Shown piece after piece: positions 59,857-64,000 of a stretch of 64,000 bases of DNA (within the stretch, counting starts at the first letter, position 1; every line of letters starts with the position of its first letter). Source of the DNA: an uncultured Chloroflexia bacterium. Lineage in GTDB: Bacteria; Chloroflexota; Limnocylindria; Limnocylindrales; CSP1-4. The DNA lies in contig CAVXEB010000004.1 of assembly GCA_963760735.1 (NCBI GenBank), positions 519,995-583,994 of the forward strand. Reading direction: 5' to 3'. The position numbers and the translations under genes were made by a program. A model generated the notes under the pieces. The model ran no database searches. It saw nothing but the letters and a program-made list of their open reading frames with translations, and was not told where the DNA came from.

Positions 59857-60487
59857 TCAGGCCCGACGGATCAGTCCGAGTTCGCGGGCGCGCGCTGTCG
59901 CCTCGAGTCGTGACGAGACGCCGAGCTTCCCGTACAGGTGCTCAAGGTGCGTCTTCACCGTGTTCCCGGACACGACGAGATGTTGGGCGATCTGGCGATT
60001 CGACATTCCAGCCACGAGCAGACCGAGGATCTCCCGCTCCCGTGCAGTCAGCGGCTCAACAAGGCTCGTCGATGACTCGATCTCAATCTGACTGCCAATC
60101 GCTGCACGGCCTGGTCGCGTGACCGCCGACGCACCCAACACGACGACAAGGAGGAACAGGGACAAGGGCGGCCAGGTCCTCGATCGTCCCAACCGGAAGG
60201 CCGCCGGCCGGCCGAATAACCAGCACGACGATCACGGCCGCTGCGCCGAATGCGACAAGCACGGACGGCCAGAAGCCGACCTGACGGGCGAGCAGGATGA
60301 GGACGGCCGCGGCTCCGAGCCAGATGGCATCGACCTCATCGCCGGGGATCAGCATCTCGACGGCCACGACCACGACGAGGACGCCGATGGCCGCGAGCGC
60401 CAGTCGGCCGAGGAATCGCTCGAGCGAGCCGCCGACGAGGGCTCCGTCGCGCAGCTCGTTGACGGTGGCGAATGTGAGACCGGGCAT
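59857..60487 (-). CDS. Membrane-anchored LuxR-family regulator (N-terminal TM domain + C-terminal LuxR HTH), with a frame break at ~60150
   Basis: Frame 1 TM: LAAIGVLVVVVAVEMLIPG ...; frame 2: LTAREREILGLLVAGMSNRQIAQHLVVSGNTVKTHLEHLYGKLGV. Confidence 0.5.
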
Positions 60488-60845
60488 GCGTTGGTCCTTG
60501 CGTGTTGATTCAACACACTCGGGAGGCTAACCGACAGGGCCAGATGGACTCACTTCGCCCTCCGCTTCACCCGTCGGGGCGATGGACTTCGGGCGTCCTC
60601 GTTACGACCATCGCGTCACGGCTGCCGAGCCTCGACGCGGGCCTGCGCATAGCGCGACCGAGATCCCGGGCCGCAGGATTCCGGGGCGTAATCACCCCTT
60701 CGGGTGAACGATCTCGCCCATCCTCCGGACGAGGATTCGTCTCGTCACAGATAACGTCGATGTCGGCGGACGGTGACTCTCATTGAAGCACCCTCCGGCC
60801 ATCACTCGCGCAAATGCCACGGTCCGGCGATGGGAACGGACGGTG

Positions 60846-61025
60846 ATGGGGAGACCACAGGCGATGCAGGTGAACCCACGGTCCTTGGGCGTTCCGATCG
60901 CGGCCGGCACCGGCGCCGCACTCGGGCTGTTGTTCGGCTTGCTGCTCAACGAGGTGATCCTCGGCGTCGCGTTCGGGATCATGGTCGGCGCCCTCGTCGG
61001 TCGACTCGCGGCGGCAGCGCGATGA
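60846..61025 (+). CDS. Small (59-aa) two-TM membrane protein coupled to the ABC ATPase
   Basis: MGRPQAMQVNPRSLGVPIAAGTGAALGLLFGLLLNEVILGVAFGIMVGALVG; stop overlaps the ATPase start. Confidence 0.35.
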   Translation: MGRPQAMQVNPRSLGVPIAAGTGAALGLLFGLLLNEVILGVAFGIMVGALVGRLAAAAR

Positions 61026-61972
61026 CGCTCGTGATCGACGGGCTGAGGAAGCGGTTCGGAGACATCGTCGCACTCGACGGCGTCGGGTTCAGCGTCGGTT
61101 CCGGCCAGGTCTTCGGGTTCCTGGGACCGAACGGAGCCGGCAAGACCACGACGATGCGGATTGTCCTCGACATCCTTCACCCGGACGAGGGCACGGTCAC
61201 TTGGAACGGCGTCAACGTGACGACCGTGCCACGTCGGACGTGGGGGTACCTGCCGGAGGAGCGCGGGCTCTATCCGCGGATGGGCGTCCTCGAACAGCTC
61301 GTCTTCGTGGGATCGCTGTATGGCGTCCGGCGCGACGAAGCCGCCCGACGGGCGCGGTCGTGGCTCGCGCGCTTCCGGATCGCGGACTATGCGGATCGGC
61401 CCGCAGAGCAGCTCAGCAAGGGCAACCAGCAGAAGGTGCAGTTCATCGCCGCGATCCTCCATGACCCCGACGTCCTATTGATGGACGAGCCCTTCACCGG
61501 CCTCGATCCGATCAACGCGGCCCTCGTGCGGGACGCATTCCTCGAGTTGCGTGACCGGGGCAAGGCGCTGATCTTCAGCACCCATCAGATGGAGGCGGTC
61601 GAGGAGCTCTGCGACGCGATCGCGATCATCGACCGCGGACGACTCGTTGTCTCCGGCGCGACAGCGGACGTCAAGCGTGCGAGCGGCCGGCGCGTCGTCC
61701 GCCTTGGGGTTGCGGGCGATCGTGATCTCGAGTGGCTCGACGCCCTGCCAGACGTGACCGTCCGTCGCTCGGGCCTCGACTTCCATGAGGTGGAGCTCCG
61801 CGATGGGCGAGATCCGGAGCGGATCCTTGCCGAGGCGCTCGCCCGTCACGAGTACGTGACGCGGTTCGAGATCGCCGAGCCGTCGATCGAGGACATCTTC
61901 GTCGAACGCGTGGGGGCGCCGACAACGGACGAGCGGACGCTTGCGGCTGATCCGGCCGGGCTGGCGGCATGA
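61022..61972 (+). CDS. ABC transporter ATP-binding protein
   Basis: GFLGPNGAGKTTTMRI, LSKGNQQKVQF, LLMDEPFTGLDP. Confidence 0.8.
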   Translation: MTLVIDGLRKRFGDIVALDGVGFSVGSGQVFGFLGPNGAGKTTTMRIVLDILHPDEGTVTWNGVNVTTVPRRTWGYLPEERGLYPRMGVLEQLVFVGSLYGVRRDEAARRARSWLARFRIADYADRPAEQLSKGNQQKVQFIAAILHDPDVLLMDEPFTGLDPINAALVRDAFLELRDRGKALIFSTHQMEAVEELCDAIAIIDRGRLVVSGATADVKRASGRRVVRLGVAGDRDLEWLDALPDVTVRRSGLDFHEVELRDGRDPERILAEALARHEYVTRFEIAEPSIEDIFVERVGAPTTDERTLAADPAGLAA

Positions 61973-63302
61973 GTGCGTTCACGCGCGCCGACCTTCGGAA
62001 CATCCTCGCCGTCGCACGGCGCGAGTTCACCGTCCGCGCACGAACCCGGACGTTCCTCGTCTCGACCGCGGTCCTCGTGCTCGTGGCGCTCGCCGTCGGC
62101 TTCGCGCCCGTCGTGATCTCGTACTTCAACCGGGAGTCCACGCACGTGGCCGTGTACGTCGGCGCGAGCGACCTGCACGGGGATCCGGTGGCCACCCTCG
62201 ATGCCCTCCTCAACCCCGCGGATAGCGGCGAGCACGGGCGCGAACAACGCTCCAGCGTTCAGCGTGCGGCGATCGACGGACCTCGCCGCCGACCGCGAGC
62301 TCGTCCGCACTGGGCAGCTCAATGCCGTGCTCGACGTCGAACGGGGCGCGACCGGCGATGTCGCCTTCACGGTGTATACGAATGAGCCGAGCAGCAGCCG
62401 CACCGCCGCCATCAGCCGCCAGGCGGCGACGTCGATCGCCGTCGCCGACCGGCTCGGACGCCTCGGCCTCGATCCGGCATCGCAGACAAGCCTGTTCGTT
62501 CCGCCGGATCTCGCATTCCGGTCGCCCGATCCAACAGCCTCATCAGTGGTTCCCGACACGCTCGCCCAGGAGGTGGCCGACCTCGCGGTCATCTCGGCGC
62601 TCGAGATGTTCCTCTTGCTGGCGATCATCATGTACGGGACCTGGATCGCCCAGAGCGTCGTCGAGGAGAAGAGCAGCCGGATGATGGAGATCATCCTGGC
62701 GGCCGCGACGCCCATGCAGATTCTCGCCGGTAAGGTCCTCGGCGTGAGCGGGGCGGCCCTGCTCCAGTTCGGCGCGGTCCTCGCGGCGGTCGTGGCTGCG
62801 TTGCTCTTGCAGGGTCAGGTCGCCGCCGTCGTGCTCGGCGACAGCCAGGCCGGCGTACCGTCCGGCCTGACGGCCGAGTTGCTCATCACTTTCTCGGTGT
62901 TATTCGTCCTCGGGTTTGTCCTCTACGCGGTTCTGTTCGCCGCGATCGGCTCCCTCGTCAGCCGCCAGGAGGACGTCAGCCAGATCGTTACGCCGCTAAC
63001 GCTCGCCGCGTCCGCGGGCTACTTGGTAGCCGTCTACACCTCGATCGGGACGTTCGACCCGAACGCGCCTTGGGTGGCCGCGCTGTCCTGGGTGCCGTTC
63101 CTGTCGCCCGTACATGATGCTGTCGCGCCTGGGCGTCGGTACCGCCGGGATCCCAGAGGTCGCCCTTTCGGTACTGATCCTGCTGGTCACGATCGTCGCC
63201 GCCACGTGGATCGCCGGTCGCGTCTACGCCGCGGGCGTTCTCATGTACGGGCAGAAGCCGAGCATTCGCGGGATGTGGAAGGCGGTTCGGGAGGCCAGCT
63301 AG
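61969..63302 (+). CDS. ABC-2 type permease with large extracytoplasmic loop, needing two frame corrections (~62230, ~63110)
   Basis: Three consecutive ORFs (61969-62385, 62201-63625 useful part to ~63110, 63114-63302) give a continuous permease: N-terminal TM, loop, ISALEMFLLLAIIMYG ... EEKSSRMMEIILAA ... C-terminal LSVLILLVTIVAATW. Confidence 0.5.
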
Positions 63303-63381
63303 ATGCGGACAGCGTTTCGCAGGATCAGGTCCCGCGCGTGGACACGGCGTGTGGGCCCGCCCAGCGAGGGGAGAGAAGAAG

Positions 63382-63897
63382 ATGCCTGTCACCGGAACGC
63401 GTGAGCAGTCTCCGCACCTGCAGCCGCGTTGGTTCATCCGCTCGTTCTGGGTGGCTCACCGGGCCCTCTATCGAACCACCGGGGGTCGGGTCGGGCTTCG
63501 ACGCCCGACACCCACGCGCTGGGGCATGCTGCGCCTCCGGACGCTCGGGCGTCGCACGGGCGAGGAGCGCAGCGCGATCCTCGGCTACTACGAGGACGGC
63601 CCCAACCTGGTCACCCTGGCGATGAACGGCTGGGCCGAGGGCGAGCCGGGCTGGTGGCTCAACCTCCAGGCACGCCCCGATGCGATGGTCGATCTGGTCG
63701 ATGGGCCGCGCAAGGTCAGGGCGCGCGCCGCCGTGGGCGATGAACGCGCGCGCCTCTGGGCCGGGTGGCGCGACGTTGGCGACGATGTCGACGCCTACGC
63801 GCCATTACGGTCCTCCGAGACAGCCGTCGTGGTCCTGGAGCCACTGCCAGCCGATAGCAGTCAGACGCATACGGCAGATGAGCCTGCGCAACGCTAG
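63382..63897 (+). CDS. Deazaflavin (F420)-dependent nitroreductase-family protein, paralogue of 27954-28421
   Basis: GRRTGEERSAILGYYEDGPNLVTLAMNGWAEGEPGWWLNLQARP. Confidence 0.65.
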   Translation: MPVTGTREQSPHLQPRWFIRSFWVAHRALYRTTGGRVGLRRPTPTRWGMLRLRTLGRRTGEERSAILGYYEDGPNLVTLAMNGWAEGEPGWWLNLQARPDAMVDLVDGPRKVRARAAVGDERARLWAGWRDVGDDVDAYAPLRSSETAVVVLEPLPADSSQTHTADEPAQR

Positions 63898-63908
63898 GAG
63901 CGGAGAAG

Positions 63909-64000
63909 GTGAATACAAGTCGAACGATCGCCGAAGCGGCGAGGGCGCCGGGCATGAGTGCGGATCGGAAGGTCGCCATCTGGGTCGGCGTTCTGTACAT
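63909..64000 (+). CDS. 5' end of a probable DUF4386-family gene (runs off the window)
   Basis: GTG ... MSADRKVAIWVGVLY resembles MRKTALVAGILYLITF of 27163-27957; this gives the same nitroreductase/DUF4386 pairing in reversed order. Confidence 0.3.
   Translation, partial: MNTSRTIAEAARAPGMSADRKVAIWVGVLY

Noticed and set aside
1-64000. CRISPR arrays, rRNA, IS elements with terminal inverted repeats
   Set aside because: No regularly spaced short direct repeats, no rRNA-like conserved blocks, and no transposase-like ORF were seen.

Overview
High-GC (~70%) actinobacterial-type chromosomal segment. I counted coordinates from the 60-nt line layout, so sub-gene positions may be off by ±1-2 nt in places.

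0-23 kb is mostly ordinary. Calls here are: a fused CydD/CydC-type ABC exporter (5'-partial); a convergent TadE/TadG-like pair; an aquaporin; a DUF2252 protein; a ClC channel; a frame-broken TPR + class-III cyclase gene; an Hsp15-like S4 protein; a large LAL/MalT-type LuxR regulator; a lipoprotein; a Na+/H+ antiporter; a four-gene minus-strand stress cluster (SHOCT + three DUF1269-like paralogues, one with a long Ala/Glu repeat tail); an MFS transporter; and a receiver-domain/thioredoxin-reductase-like fusion.

~23.4-47.7 kb looks like an accessory/mosaic region. It contains a three-copy cassette of ~100 bp conserved leader plus a small LuxR-HTH gene; a 450-bp segmental duplication of a DHFR-family gene 5' end; mobile-element debris (frameshifted HNH, truncated ParB-like domain, two large serine recombinase C-terminal fragments); two 45-bp tRNA-3'-end-like direct repeats 31.6 kb apart; truncated hydrolase fragments; a GH51 arabinofuranosidase; a GNAT; an ECF sigma/anti-sigma pair with a BNR-repeat ectodomain; and a heliorhodopsin - CarH/LitR-like (MerR + B12-binding) - alpha/beta-hydrolase operon. 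That operon is the most striking item.

47.7-64 kb is a metal/stress block: a P1B-5-like (TPCP) ATPase with C-terminal hemerythrin, a CPBP protease, an AI-2E transporter, a tandem UspA, a P2-type cation ATPase, a VIT1/CCC1 iron transporter, two ABC-2 transporters, a membrane-anchored LuxR regulator, and a deazaflavin-dependent nitroreductase + DUF4386 pair.

At least 12 genes need a single-base frame change to restore conserved domains, and one clear case is a C-homopolymer contraction. I interpret most of these as assembly indel errors rather than pseudogenes; this needs checking. No rRNA, CRISPR array or intact tRNA was found.
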